Under the pieces are notes generated by a model, which worked only from the letters and a program-made list of their open reading frames with translations, made no database searches and was not told the DNA's origin. DNA of 63,756 nucleotides, counting the filler, from Octopus bimaculoides (lineage: Eukaryota), in NCBI RefSeq assembly GCF_001194135.2. It is 7 parts of 6 records of this genome, joined end to end, with 100 filler letters (N's around TTAATTAATTAA, not from the genome) between each part and the next. Parts side by side here need not be neighbours in the genome. Positions count along the whole stretch, not along the records: positions 51,485 to 57,360 come from NC_068986.1; positions 57,461 to 62,547 come from NC_068981.1; positions 62,648 to 63,756 come from NW_026344016.1; 4 more parts are not named here. One strand, given 5' to 3'. The stretch's first letter is position 1, and each line of letters starts with the position of its first letter. Positions 51,530-63,756 of this stretch are shown here, piece by piece. Both the position numbers and the translations under genes were made by a program.

Positions 51530-52282
51530 ATATGTGTATGTATGTATGTATGTATGTATGTATGTATGTATGTATGTATACACACACACGCGCACACATT
51601 AATTTGCTCATTTGACTTAACTTCAATATGTTGTTTAAACGCCGTAAGCTCTGATAACTGTACTGAGAAATCGTCTCGTAGAGACGCTAGGTACTAAAGA
51701 GCAGAGATTATATCGGTAGACGAAATTTCACCGCTACCGCTGGATGGGACTTTTGTACGACGTGAGTTTAGCGTAATTTGCGCTTCTTCAGCAACAGGCA
51801 CTGCACCGCTGAATGCGAGTTCGAAATTCTGTCAGATCGATATAGTTTAACACTAACGAAACAGCCAGTGATATCGTAAGAACAAAAGTGCTTCTGTCGC
51901 TAATAGATAATTTATACACTGGCCGCCAGTGTTTTGCGATATCACTGACAGTTTATAGAATTCAGCTGCATCAGCTTACACGCGTTTCATTAACATTTGA
52001 TATATATCTGTTAAGAGGAAATCTTAAAATCTGATTGCATTGTCAAATCTTCAGATATTGCATATGCACCCTGTGATCAACCAAATGAAACTCAGTCCAT
52101 CATACAAGTTCTCCTTACAATTTCTTTTTAGATATACAAGAGATTTTGGCAGTTAGGGTTTGGAGTCTTGTTTGAAGCTGTGTCTGAGAGTGTTTGGGTC
52201 TATTGCGGTGCGCGATGTTTGAAGCGATATTGCCTAACCCAGAGTCACTGACTTGGACATTTTGTAAATTGAAGAGGAGCTA

Positions 52283-52650
52283 GTCGACCCCAGTGCTTGA
52301 CTGGTACCTATTTTATCGATCCCGAAAGGATGAAATGCCAAGCAATCCTCGACGGAATTTGAGTTCAGAACATAAAGACAAACTAAATTCCGCTAAGTAT
52401 CTTGTTCGATGTGCTAAGGATTCTGTCAGCTCGCTGTCTTTATAATAATCCTTTTTACTATTGGCACAAGGACTGAGATCTTGTGGTAGGGCACTAGTCG
52501 ATTACATCGACCCCAGTATTCAACTGGTACCTATTTTATCGAACCCGAAAGGGTGAAAAGTAAAGCCGATCTCGTCGGAATTTAAAATCAAAACATAAAG
52601 ATGAACGAAATACCGCTAAGCAACTTGTTCAATGTGCCAGCTCACAGCCT
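52283..52650 (-). mobile_element. Two head-to-tail SINE family A copies
   Basis: Two consecutive TCGACCCCAGT...ACTGGTACCTATTTTATCGA...CCGCTAAG blocks. Confidence 0.78.
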
Positions 52651-52654
52651 TTAT

Positions 52655-52800
52655 AATAATCGGAAACGGAGGCTCTAATCTGTGCTGCCCAAGAGCAAGC
52701 ACTAAGAACAAACCACATAAAATACAGAATAGACAACACATCAGAAAGTGATAAGTGCAGAATCTGTGGACACAACGGTGAAACCGTATGGCATACCACG
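52655..52800 (+). mobile_element. R4/Dong-type LINE zinc-knuckle fragment
   Basis: SETEALICAAQEQALRTNHIKYRIDNTSESDKCRICGHNGETVWH. Confidence 0.8.
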
Positions 52801-53910
52801 ACAATATAGCGTAGAGTTCGTAGGACAGACTACCCAAACCAGCTGATTTCCCCTCGTGCAGCTAGTAATTGCTTCCCATATTCCAAAGGCAGTTATTGGC
52901 CTTTCGCANNNNNNNNNNNNNNNNNNNNNNNNNNNNNNNNNNNNNNNNNNNNNNNNNNNNNNNNNNNNNNNNNNNNNNNNNNNNNNNNNNNNNNNNNNNN
53001 NNNNNNNNNNNNNNNNNNNNNNNNNNNNNNNNNNNNNNNNNNNNNNNNNNNNNNNNNNNNNNNNNNNNNNNNNNNNNNNNNNNNNNNNNNNNNNNNNNNN
53101 NNNNNNNNNNNNNNNNNNNNNNNNNNNNNNNNNNNNNNNNNNNNNGTGCTCCTGCCTTAGCTCTGACAATACAACCTTCGTGTTTCGCGTTGAAGAATTG
53201 GTCGAGTGCCAATCTCGCTGCGAGCAGGTCGGTCGCGATGCCTTTTCTAAAAGCCTCGTCTTTTTGACTAGCACTGCCTCTACTCTGTTTCTTTCTACTG
53301 CTAGTCTTTTGCTAAACCTTATCGATTCTATTATAATCGCCCTTTTCAGGATTATCGCCCCACCGTCAACGCCCTCTTCATTAGTTTACTAATCCGGTCA
53401 TTAAAATCTTTACGCGCCGGCAACGACGTGTTCAGCTTCCAATAACCAGGTCCCTGTCTATGAAGCTAATCTAAGTCGTCTGTACAGATCACTAATTTGT
53501 GGTCTGTGTAGTCGACTACTTTAAACTGGGGACAACCTATGCTATCCTTATATGCTGCTCTACAGAATATCCTATCTAGATACGATGTGGATGACCCGAT
53601 GCGGTTTGACCAGTTCCACACTGGCACGTCCGGGAAATCCAGTCGGTACCTGTCGGACAGTTGGAATTGTCTGAGCAGGTTTGCGAGGCTTTTGCATCCC
53701 CCTCTCCTATCTGCTAAACCTGCATAGTCCCATCTTACATCTAAAACTCCATTCCAATCCCCCACTAACACTAGAGAGCAGAAAGTTCCCAGGAAGGTTT
53801 CCAGACGTCTGAACAAATCTGCTCGTCCTGCTCCTGTCGGAGCACAGACGGCAACTATCCTGAAAGTATGTCCTTCGCTGCCTGCCATGTCCAGGACCAC
53901 TGACTTACCT
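52800..53910 (-). mobile_element. Tx1/L1-clade LINE remnant (APE endonuclease to RT start), spans a gap
   Basis: ORF 53466-53900 FRIVAVCAP...LVLVGDWNGVLD...WNWSN..SYLDRIF...TDHKLV; HEGCIVRAK (cf. GA.IRSR); GKSAGLGSLSYELY (cf. GKSPG.DGLPYE.Y). Confidence 0.82.
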
Positions 53911-53959
53911 TCCGGATCCAGGAAGATCGTCCTTATTACAAGATCCAGATTTTTCCGTG

Positions 53960-53961
53960 AT

Positions 53962-54045
<84 letters not shown>
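53960..54045. repeat. (GATA)n microsatellite
   Basis: Direct reading. Confidence 0.95.
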
Positions 54046-54686
54046 AAAAACCGCTAAATATAGAAAGGGGAGACAACTTGTTGCCTATGCTTGACGTGTT
54101 GTTTGACATGTCTTTTGTATTGTTAAAGTAGGTTATGGTTTTGGTATTGGAGAGGTGAGGTGAGGCGAGGGCGCGCACGTGTGTGTGTGTGTAGTGGTTC
54201 CGAAACAGTCATAAATCTTAGTTACTGTTGTTGTTTAGCCCCAGGTCAGCCTCGTCGAAGAGGCCTACAAACGGAAAGCATTCCTGTTACGACCATCACG
54301 TCTCTTTTGTTGGTGATGATGGTGATGATGATGATGGCGGCTGTGGTGTTGATGGCGATAGGGGTCATAACGAAGTAGATTGTAAGGTATTAGTAGTAGT
54401 AGTAGTAGTAGTCGTGGTGGTGGTGGTGGTGGTGGTGGTGGTGGTGGTGGTGGTGGTGGTGGTGGTGGTGGTGATATGACGAATTTTGTAGTTCTGATGG
54501 TGATAAGGATAATGGTGGAGTGGGGGCCAAGGGAACGCGGTAGTTGTGGTTGTAGTCTTACTTGCAGTAGTAGCAGCAGCAGTAGCAGCAGCAGCACCAC
54601 CACCACCACCACCACCATAAACATTATATTACATCTTTCTAGTTTTGCTTTATTTTGAAAGCTAAAAAATTATTTTGTGGCATATA

Positions 54687-55103
54687 CGTGTTCTGATCAA
54701 TAAGTATCCAGACTGTTGTCATAGTAACGAAGCTAAAGCACCCAGAGTAAAACCGCTTGGCACAGATTGACCTTGAACTCTGCTGTGCATGCACACAAAG
54801 TTTTAACATTCTAGCTCACTTCTGCTGTTTACAGCAGTGCTTGAAAGGAAGGTGTGTAGCGTGTGATCGTCACAGTGACCATGACGGAGAAAATTGAGCA
54901 GAGAATCTGCAGCAAATTTTGGCAAAAGCTTGGTGGTGGAGGTTTCTTCCAAGCACTGTTGTAAACAGAAGTGAGCTAGAACGTTAAAACTTAGTGCGCA
55001 TGCGCAACAAAGCTCAAAGTCAATCTGCGCCCAACGGTTTCACTCTGCGTGCTTTGGCTTCGTTACTATGGCAACAGCCCGGATACTTATTGATCAAACC
55101 TCG
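54687..55103. mobile_element. Mariner-derived foldback MITE with ~165-bp TIRs
   Basis: TGATCAATAAGTATCC...AAGCTAAAGCAC...CTAGCTCACTTCTG mirrored at the right end. TA on both flanks. Centre encodes the mariner start MTEKIEQRIC. Confidence 0.85.
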
Positions 55104-55664
55104 TATTTTGAATTATATATACAAGGGGGCAGGAAAATCTTTTAAGAGCTTAAGGCCTCTATGGGTCTTAATTGACCCTGCCTGGGTTATGTCAAAAGAC
55201 ACACGCCCAACGTAATGCGTTGCAGGACTGAATCCGCCACTAGGTGGCCGCCTGTAAATCGAAATTCGTATTCATACGCCATGTCTGCTGTCAAACAAAA
55301 TGAAGGACTAGAAAAATAGATAAATCAATAAATAAATAGATGAATGGACGTATAAACGGACGACAATCTGAATGGATGGACGAGTGAATAAACTATAATG
55401 AAATGAATAATGGGAGAAGCCTGTATATGAATGAAAGAAAAAATACAAATTATATGAACGAACGAATAAACAATCGGACTATTGGATCAATGAATGAAAA
55501 TGATAAATATATGATCGTATAATGAAATAAATGAATGAAATGCTCGCCGTTTCTATCAATGTTGCGATGGGCGTGATAAGAGATGAGTCAACGATGACCT
55601 TATGATTGCAGGGCGAACAGCATCTATTTCTGTATCTCATTATTTAGAATTACTTTAAGGAGAC

Positions 55665-56100
55665 AAGCTAGCAGAATCGTTATCATGCCGGACAAAATGT
55701 TTAGCGGTTCTTTCGTCCGTCTTAGTATTCAAGTTCACCGAGGTCAGCTTTGCTTTTCATCCTTTTGGAGACGATATAAAAGAAAAGTACCAGTTGAGCA
55801 CTGGGGTCAATGTAATGGACTAGCCCCCCCCCCCAACACCACCAACACCACCACACCGCCACTCCCGGAATTGCTGGCTTTGTGCCAAAATTTGAAAGCA
55901 TTATTTTAAGTATCGTTAAGGTGTGTAAGCTGACCGAATCGTTAACTCACCGAGCAAAATACTTAGCGGCATTTCGTCCGTCTTTACGTTCTGAATTCAA
56001 ATTCCGCCGGGGTGGATATAATAAGTACCAGTCATGTACTGGGGTCGCGGAAATAAGACCTTGTTCTTTTGCCCCAATTTTCCGGCTTTGTGCTTATAGC
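55665..56100 (+). mobile_element. Two head-to-tail SINE family A copies
   Basis: Heads at ~55665 (GCTAGCAGAATCGTTATCATGCCGG) and ~55925 (GCTGACCGAATCGTTAACTCACCGAG), each followed by the family core. Confidence 0.75.
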
Positions 56101-56404
56101 AGAAAGTATTTCAAATTACCATGACTTGTAGACAGGNNNNNNNNNNNNNNNNNNNNNNNNNNNNNNNNNNNNNNNNNNNNNNNNNNNNNNNNNNNNNNNN
56201 NNNNNNNNNNNNNNNNNNNNNNNNNNNNNNNNNNNNNNNNNNNNNNNNNNNNNNCCCACCCATGCCAAATTTACTTTTCATCCCTCCTTGGTCGATGAAA
56301 TAAAAGACCACCCAAACAGTGATGTTAATTTTAATTTCCCGTTCTTTTTGTCCGAACGCTGAATAGTTTTTTAGTTTGCAGACATAGACACATATATATA
56401 CATA

Positions 56405-56580
56405 TACATATATACGACGGGCTTCTTTCAGTTTCCGTCTACCAAATCCACTCACAAGGCTTTGGTCGGCCCGACGCTATAGTAAAAGGCACATACCCAA
56501 GTTGCCCCGCAGTGGGACTGAACCCGGAACCTCGTGGTTGGTAAGCAAGCTACTTACCACACAGCCACTCTTGCGCCTAT
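56405..56580 (-). mobile_element. SINE family B, head and core
   Basis: GACGGGCTTCTTTCAGTTTCCGTCTACCAAATCCACTCACAAGGCTTTGGTCGGCCCG...ACTTACCACACAGCCACTCTTGCGCC. Confidence 0.85.
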
Positions 56581-56670
56581 GCGAAAGATTTCTTTGCTAT
56601 TTCTAACAGATCAAGCAACCACACAGGTCGTTGTCTACCTGGATTGCGTTTGAATACGTTTGTACATATA

Positions 56671-56978
56671 CAGTACACTTCCGAAAAAAAAACGACACTC
56701 AAAATAACAGAACACCCGCCCCAAATTAACGGCACTTTTAAAAATTGCTGTACAGTGTCGGCATCACGTTAGTCTTCCGAAAATACATGTTCATTATGTT
56801 CCTTTTCCAAGACTCAGCTTACTAAGAGAATCATCCTTGTTATACCGTATCTCTATTTCTTATTCAATGTATCTCTTTTAGGTAACAAATACGCGAAAGA
56901 AGTTTTCCGAGACAACGGAAAATTCGAAATAACGGCATCGCGAATCGGTGAAATTGCCGTTATTTGGGAAAGTTACCG
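56671..56978. mobile_element. Pogo/Tigger-like MITE
   Basis: TA|CAGTACACTTCC...AACGACAC at left, TGCCGTTATTTGGGAAAGTTACCG at right. Degenerate. Confidence 0.45.
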
Positions 56979-57262
56979 CATGCAGTAATCTTTTGTTTGT
57001 ACGCGCACGCGTGTGCATCTTTAACTATATCATATCTCATATTTCTGTGTAGGCTGTTGTTTAAACCCTACGATCAAAAGGTTTTCCAGCCGTGACCTTC
57101 CTTATTATTTTCGTGTGTGATATCAGGGACTACATATTATCCAATTTGTCCTTTCTCTTCACTAACACAGCAGTGCATGATATGGAAGATTGGACTGCTA
57201 TTCTTAGCATGTTAAAGCGACTGCAGAGATACTCCACTGTTTGTGCAAACATACATGCATGC

Positions 57263-57312
<50 letters not shown>

Positions 57313-57329
57313 CACACACACATATATAT

Positions 57330-57360
<31 letters not shown>

Positions 57361-57460
57361 NNNNNNNNNNNNNNNNNNNNNNNNNNNNNNNNNNNNNNNN
57401 NNNNTTAATTAATTAANNNNNNNNNNNNNNNNNNNNNNNNNNNNNNNNNNNNNNNNNNNN
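57361..57460. other. Artificial 100-bp scaffold linker
   Basis: 44N-TTAATTAATTAA-44N. Confidence 0.9.
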
Positions 57461-57523
<63 letters not shown>

Positions 57524-58699
57524 TACATATATATTTTAATACATGAAAGTAAACGTTGAGTGTATGTAGTTGATAATGTTTGTATATACAGTATATATGT
57601 ATATACCTTTACAGATAGAGAGACCTAGAGAAAGAGGAGAGTGTAATTGTTGTGCCGACACCCCCAAGCGAAGAAGTAGGATCACCCAAAACATATACAT
57701 AAAGGTAGTCTGGCCGAGGTAAGGGAGTCGAGTAGCAGTCGGTTAGCGGTTGAGTAGAGATCATTCGAAGTTGCTAGATAGAAGTAGTTTGAGACATAAT
57801 AGTAATGTAGTAATACAGATTATAAATAACACCAACATAGCTGAGGGCCACACATCTAAGGGTCTTAGCGGAACATTCTGCATACTAAATATTGTAGAGA
57901 CGCTTGCATTCAGTGTAGTTAGTTAATAAACTTCGATGAAATGAAAATATTCTAGCAATTAGCTAATAAAATCTCCCACTACCGGTGTGTACAATATGAA
58001 AAAAATCAAGGAATTAATTCCAATCAACTAATTTTATCGAAATTTGTAGACAAAGCAGACGATGCAGTAATCTGTGTTAATAAATGACTTCGGTAGAGAT
58101 TGAACTTATTACTTTTATGACAGAGACTGTCTTGAAGTTGATTACTCTCACAAGAATAATAATGATCTAATAATTAGAAATAAAATGAGATTATAAATTG
58201 AATTAAAAATTAAAAAGCAAACCAGATTAAAATGATAGAATATTCTTCTTTGAAAGAAACCATCTTTATCATGTCCCGCCAAGAAGTGTTTTGAATTGTT
58301 AAATATTTTCTTTTGTTCCGTTAGCCTTTTGTGTGGTCTAATTGTGTAATTCTGGTTAACTTTGGCTTGCCATATGAATCAAAAAAAAAAAAAAGAAAGG
58401 AAGAAAGAAAGAAGAGGATCGGGTCATTTAAACTGTGCGTGTTTACGTAAGTTTGTTTGTATGTGTGGAGTATTTTGCGTGTTTGTGTGGAGCTATGTGT
58501 GTTTTGCTATGAGCTAGTATATGTTATGCTTGACTGAGTATGTGTGAATAGGCCCCGGTGGGTATAATGCTCCACTGTGTTTGTGTAGTTCTATAATGGT
58601 TCTATGATTGCGGGTAGAACTGCGTATGCTAGTTTGTTTATGTGTGCGTGTATGTGTATGTAGCTACGTATGCATGTATGTATCTATCTATGTCACCAT

Positions 58700-59343
58700 T
58701 CAGTTTATTTCAAGATTTCTTGTCAATGCAGAAAGAACCGGTTTCTAACCTAGATTCAAGGCTCCTTCATTGGAATTTCAACATCAACAACAGGGTATTT
58801 TTTGTATGTATGTATGTATGTATGCATGCATGCATGTATGTATGTAATCAATCAGTTTCATTTCTGTATTTCTTGTCCATAGAGAAAGAGCCGGACTCTA
58901 ACATAGATTCAAGGCTCCCTCATTGGAACTTTTATCAACATCATCTAGGTATCTGTGCATATGTGTGTGTGTGTGCAGTATTTGGTGTTAGTGTATGCGC
59001 AGATTTGTATGTTTGTTTTATGGATGCGTTTTTATGTCTAGATGCATGCATATGTATTTATGTGCTGTATGTATGTATGTGTGCAGATTTGTATGTTCTA
59101 TGTATGTATTCTCATGCATATTCTTGCATATCTAGAAATGCTCATATATATTTAAATGATAAACTTCTGGAAAGGTTCTTATAGTTCTAGTGATGGAGTG
59201 AATCTGTAGTCTTCGAATTAGAATTCTCCTTTCTTGTTTTGAAAAGTCTAATTTCTCAAGGTTGGTATTTAGGCAGTGTGTTACATATCCCAAGGCCCCA
59301 ATAATTACAGGTATAAACCTGAACTTGTAATCTGGACAGAGTA

Positions 59344-59345
<2 letters not shown>
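58700..59345 (-). mobile_element. 3' end of RLE-type LINE (third subfamily) with duplicated 3' terminal block
   Basis: CPDYKFRFIPVIIGALGYV (cf. IP.I.GALG of RLE C-termini). ~75-bp block duplicated at 58726-58800 and 58878-58950. Confidence 0.6.
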
Positions 59346-59374
<29 letters not shown>

Positions 59375-59489
59375 TGTATGCATTTATGTATGGGTGTTAA
59401 TGCTTGTAGTTCTGTGTGAACATGATTCAGGTTCTATGGTGAGAGTATTTTAGTGTATGCGTGTGTGTCACCATATCGAAAAGAGAATG

Positions 59490-59772
59490 AGAAACAGAGA
59501 GAAAGAGAGAGAGAGAGAGAGGGAGAGAGAGAGGGGGGGAGAGGGAGAGAGAGAGGCAGAGAGAGAGAGGCAGAGAGAGATAAAAAGATAGATAGAAAGA
59601 GAGAGAGAGAGAGAGGCAGAAAGAAAGATAAATAGATAGAAAGAAGGGGAGTGGGTAAAAGGAAACTACAACATTGATGAAAATGCGAGTGATAGGGAAA
59701 AAGTGAGAGGGCAAGAGAGTAGAGAAGATATATGTGAAGGGGCAAGAATTAAATTTCAGATCGAAAAGAGGG

Positions 59773-59815
<43 letters not shown>

Positions 59816-59825
59816 GAGAGAGAGA

Positions 59826-59862
<37 letters not shown>
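59490..59862. repeat. (GA)n-rich repeat
   Basis: Direct reading. Confidence 0.9.
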
Positions 59863-59865
<3 letters not shown>

Positions 59866-60199
59866 GTATATATGTGTTTATGTATATTTCTATGTTGGTG
59901 AATCTACTTATGAGTGTTACAAGGAAAATGAAGGTACCGATACTTATAGAAAAATATAGCTTGTTACAGCTTGATACGTGAAAAACAATGTCACTTTGTG
60001 AAAAAGATAATGTTATGTGAGTGTAACAGTGTGATACATAGAGGTAGAGGCACGTTAAGATACATAATATTCTGTGTTTATATTACAGCGAGATATATGG
60101 AGGTAACGACAGATACGACATTTTTATGTTTGTTACAACGAGATGCAGCATGGAGATAGCGATATTTCATGGAATGTATGGAGCGTTTATTGTGTTACA

Positions 60200-60520
60200 T
60201 CGAGTGTAACATTTGCTGTAATCTCGAGATCGGCATAGTTTCCTTGCTTTTCGATCCAGTAGCTTGCTTATTCCATCGGATAAGATTTTCGGACGGTCGC
60301 ACGCCCACTTATGCAAAGCTTCATGCCTACTTCGTCAGTAGTAAATCAATGACTTTTTAAAGGCTGTTTGAGCAGGTAGTCGGAAGGAGCGAGATCTGGA
60401 CTATACGGATGGTGTCTCAGCAACTCGAAACACAATTTTTCAACAGTTTCAAAGGTGTGGGCGGTTGTATTTGTGCATGCATTGTCGTTCAACAATAACA
60501 CCTGTTTAGACAATAGGCCT
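60200..60520 (-). mobile_element. Mariner transposase C-terminal remnant
   Basis: RRGLLSKQVLLLNDNAC...FELLRHHPYSPDLAPSDY. Confidence 0.85.
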
Positions 60521-60571
60521 CGTCTTCTGAGATTGCAGGTTTCAGTTTCACTGCAGCTTACACTGGTGTCT

Positions 60572-60573
<2 letters not shown>

Positions 60574-60655
<82 letters not shown>

Positions 60656-60700
60656 ACACGCACACACGCACACGCACACACTCACACACACACACACAAA
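60574..60700. repeat. (CA)n microsatellite
   Basis: Direct reading. Confidence 0.95.
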
Positions 60701-62243
60701 CATATGAAAGACTGTGAGTGAGGGAGTGAGAGAGTGAGAGTTCATGTAATGGAGAGATACAATGGGAGGCAGAGGAGAGAAAGAAGATGTTTTTTTAATA
60801 AAGTCTGAATGAAGGGAAACGAGAAGAAAATGACTAAAAGCGTAGAATTTGCATCATGAACCAGAATTTTGTTTGCTTTCAACTAATATCTCTGATTATT
60901 TATTTAACTTTACCCCTCGATACATTTTGAGTCTGATTCGCTAATCTTTAGTGTTAAATCACAATCTCAGTGATCACTTCTCTTTTGATAGTGAAAACTG
61001 GTTATATTTTCTTACTTCACTTTGTTGATTTCTTCATATAATTTTCTGCGTTTCTCAATGAATTTAGAGGAAGTAACCATTATGTAAATAACGCATATGG
61101 CCGTTTTGTACATTGTTCGTTACGCGTTCATGCCTATAATCATAGCATAGCCAAGTTTGCTGTAAAATTTATGAGCGACACACTTGAAATGCCTAGCTAA
61201 TGTGTCCTTCATTTTTAAAAGAATGAGATTTATTTCATTTAAAATTTGGCCGATATTTCTGAAATTACAGAACAACAAACACTAACGACATACCTTAGGT
61301 AAATATCAAAAGAAGAGGTAGTCTTTAATACATTTCTCACAAGAGATTGGTTTACGTAGTTTTGCTATAATCAGTGGAATGTAAGGACGCCAACGAAAAT
61401 TTGCGTAGACAGGAAACAGTTCGATATTAATAAGGACGTAATTGTATCAGCATTTAAAAAGTAGAATGAAGAAATACAACATATTGATAGGAATAATCCG
61501 GGAGAAATGCAACATATTGATAGGAATAGCTAAGGATATAGATTAGCAGTAGACTAGCCGAGATGCTCTGGTGGTTTTCGCAGTTCTGATAGTTGGTTAT
61601 GTATTTAGCAAAAAATATGAAATACGGATATTGTCCAGTCTATCTAGTTAGAAACAAATATCAGGTGGTTGTGGTAATTAATACACACTCTATACCTCTC
61701 TAAATATTCATAGAAATTATAGTAGGTAAATGGGAACATTTAATTTATTTATTTTTGTTTTTGTTGTTGAAAATGCTGAATTCCACTGAAGGAAATGATC
61801 ATGTCAGTTGAAGCATAAGTAGCGTGATTAGAACTAGACTGATCTCTCATTCTTAGTATATATCAATATCTATAATCCGCCTTCAAAGCTGAATCCAGCA
61901 TCTTAACAAATTTTGATTTATTTCTTTGTTTTTAACTCTTTCTTCAAGAAGAAACAAGAAAAGATTGTTAGAAGTACAAATATTTCGTATTTAACTCAAT
62001 TTGTGTTCATGTTCAGTTCACATTTTCTCAGGGTAACATCTAACATTACACTACGGGGAATCGCTAAAATATAGCGAGAGGGATTTCATCACCCGCGACC
62101 AGTTCCCATTAAAACTGACATTATGGTCAGTTATATGTCTAGGATGCAATGGAATATATAGGCGTATATGTATACGTACATGTGTGCATGAATACATACA
62201 TACGCACATACATCCATCCATCATCCTTCCATCCATCCATACA

Positions 62244-62277
<34 letters not shown>

Positions 62278-62484
62278 CATATATACATATATACATACAT
62301 ATATACATACATACAAAATCTGCCAGACATTCTTTAGATTTAAAGGTATATGAACAAAACATGATACTTTCCTCCACAGCATTGCAACTAAGTAGGTGGA
62401 CGGTCAGTATTTGCACTAAAGTAAAAAGAGAAAGAGAAAGACGTACATAGATATGTGTGTGTGTATGTGTGTATATACAGAAAG

Positions 62485-62547
<63 letters not shown>

Positions 62548-62647
62548 NNNNNNNNNNNNNNNNNNNNNNNNNNNNNNNNNNNNNNNNNNNNTTAATTAAT
62601 TAANNNNNNNNNNNNNNNNNNNNNNNNNNNNNNNNNNNNNNNNNNNN
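62548..62647. other. Artificial 100-bp scaffold linker
   Basis: 44N-TTAATTAATTAA-44N. Confidence 0.9.
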
Positions 62648-63334
62648 TGCCGTTGATGTGGTTCGTGGTGGAATGATGGTGTATAAAACATATTCCCGAT
62701 CTATTGAAGTTTCCCCCTCGCATTTGCGATAAAGGGCCTATAAAGAAATAAATATATAAAAAAGAAAAGAGGGTATCCTTGGCGAAAATCATTGCTTGCT
62801 TATACGGGAAAGGTCGGATTTAAGGCTTTAAATAAAACCAATGTATTTATTATAAACCAAGTAATGCGACACGTACCAACACGTTTCCGCTTTATTGGAT
62901 CTCATCAGCGAGGCATAATTTACTCAATCGGGAATTGAACTCACAACCTTACGATCATGAACCAAATGCCTTCACAGTTTGTATGTATGTATGAAAACAA
63001 AGAGCTGATATTATTGGCAGTGTTTCTCAATATTTCTCTAGTTGTCCGTCTTTCTATGGGAGATAAATCTCCGGTCTTATCGGGTTTTTCTAGCTTGGTT
63101 TCTATATACATACTAACTTGAAGGCTATTCGTCCTATTTTGTGAAAACACTTCATGCCACGGCTGCTAGAATCATCTAGAATTGATAGTTAAACAGTAAT
63201 ATTGTTATTGATAACATAAACTATACATATGAGAATATTTTGGAGGTTTTTTTAAAAATATTTATTTTGAATGTAACTTTTATTTGTTTAGTATAATGGA
63301 ATAAAAAGAAAATGAAAAAGAATCACGTGTGTGT

Positions 63335-63590
63335 GTGTGTGTGTGCAAGCATGGTCGTGTGGTTAAGCTCACTTCGAAGCCACGTAGGTTTCGGTTCAAT
63401 CCCGCTACTCAGCACTTGGGCCGAGGACGACCAGTGTTTACTGTGGTAGCCCTTTATACATATAATTTGTGTGTGTGTGTGTGTGTGTTTGTCCCCTGTC
63501 GCCAATTGTAAACTAATTTTGCATTATGTCTCGGTAATCGACACATCCGACAATAAGGACTGATAGAATAAATAGACTTGGAAACACGCG
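63335..63590 (+). mobile_element. SINE family B, degenerate
   Basis: GCATGGTCGTGTGGTTAAG...GGTTCAATCCC...CACTTGGGC...(TG)n TTTGTCCCC...GATAGAATAAATAG. Confidence 0.6.
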
Positions 63591-63756
63591 TATACATACA
63601 TGCGCGTTGTATGTATGTATATATCCTATATATATCTATACACACACACACTCTCACACACATAAAGTGTAAATATACACACCTATGTATGTATGTATAT
63701 ATTTACGTGAGTACATGTGTGAGTGTATATGTGTGTGTATATATATATATATATAT

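Noticed and set aside
57640-57930. Solo LTR (TG start, TATAAATA, AATAAA)
   Set aside because: No second copy, TSD or clear CA end was visible, so support is insufficient.
58726-58800. Hammerhead-like CCAATGAAGG...GAAACCGGTT on the minus strand of the LINE tail
   Set aside because: The core deviates at two invariant positions and stem II does not close onto GAAA.
61471-61528. Two 25-bp direct repeats 8 bp apart
   Set aside because: A simple local duplication; too few units and the spacer is too short for CRISPR.

Overview
AT-rich, repeat-dense animal genomic DNA, most likely octopus/cephalopod (inferred from the tRNA-headed SINE families, the microsatellite load and the poly-N/E low-complexity coding style; not verified by search). 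The window is not one locus. Six identical 100-bp linkers (44 N + TTAATTAATTAA + 44 N) join seven pieces. The only convincing host-like CDS is a Crypton/DUF3504-family (KIAA1958/QRICH1-like) ORF at 7779-8508, cut off by the first linker. The rest is mostly transposon remains: a Helitron with a canonical 3' end, a decayed full-length Penelope-like element (RT + GIY-YIG) between direct repeats, R4/Dong-type, CR1-type and Tx1/L1-type LINE remnants, Tc1/mariner copies and MITEs, and many SINEs. The most interesting signals are (i) an unexplained ~1.9-kb foldback palindrome at 11785-13680, (ii) decayed hammerhead-ribozyme-like motifs, one in the Penelope repeat and one in a short tRNA-promoter-headed element at ~39154-39440, and (iii) the Crypton-derived gene with a possible bidirectional promoter. 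No rRNA, true tRNA or CRISPR array is supported. All family assignments are by motif recognition from memory, and boundaries of decayed elements are approximate.
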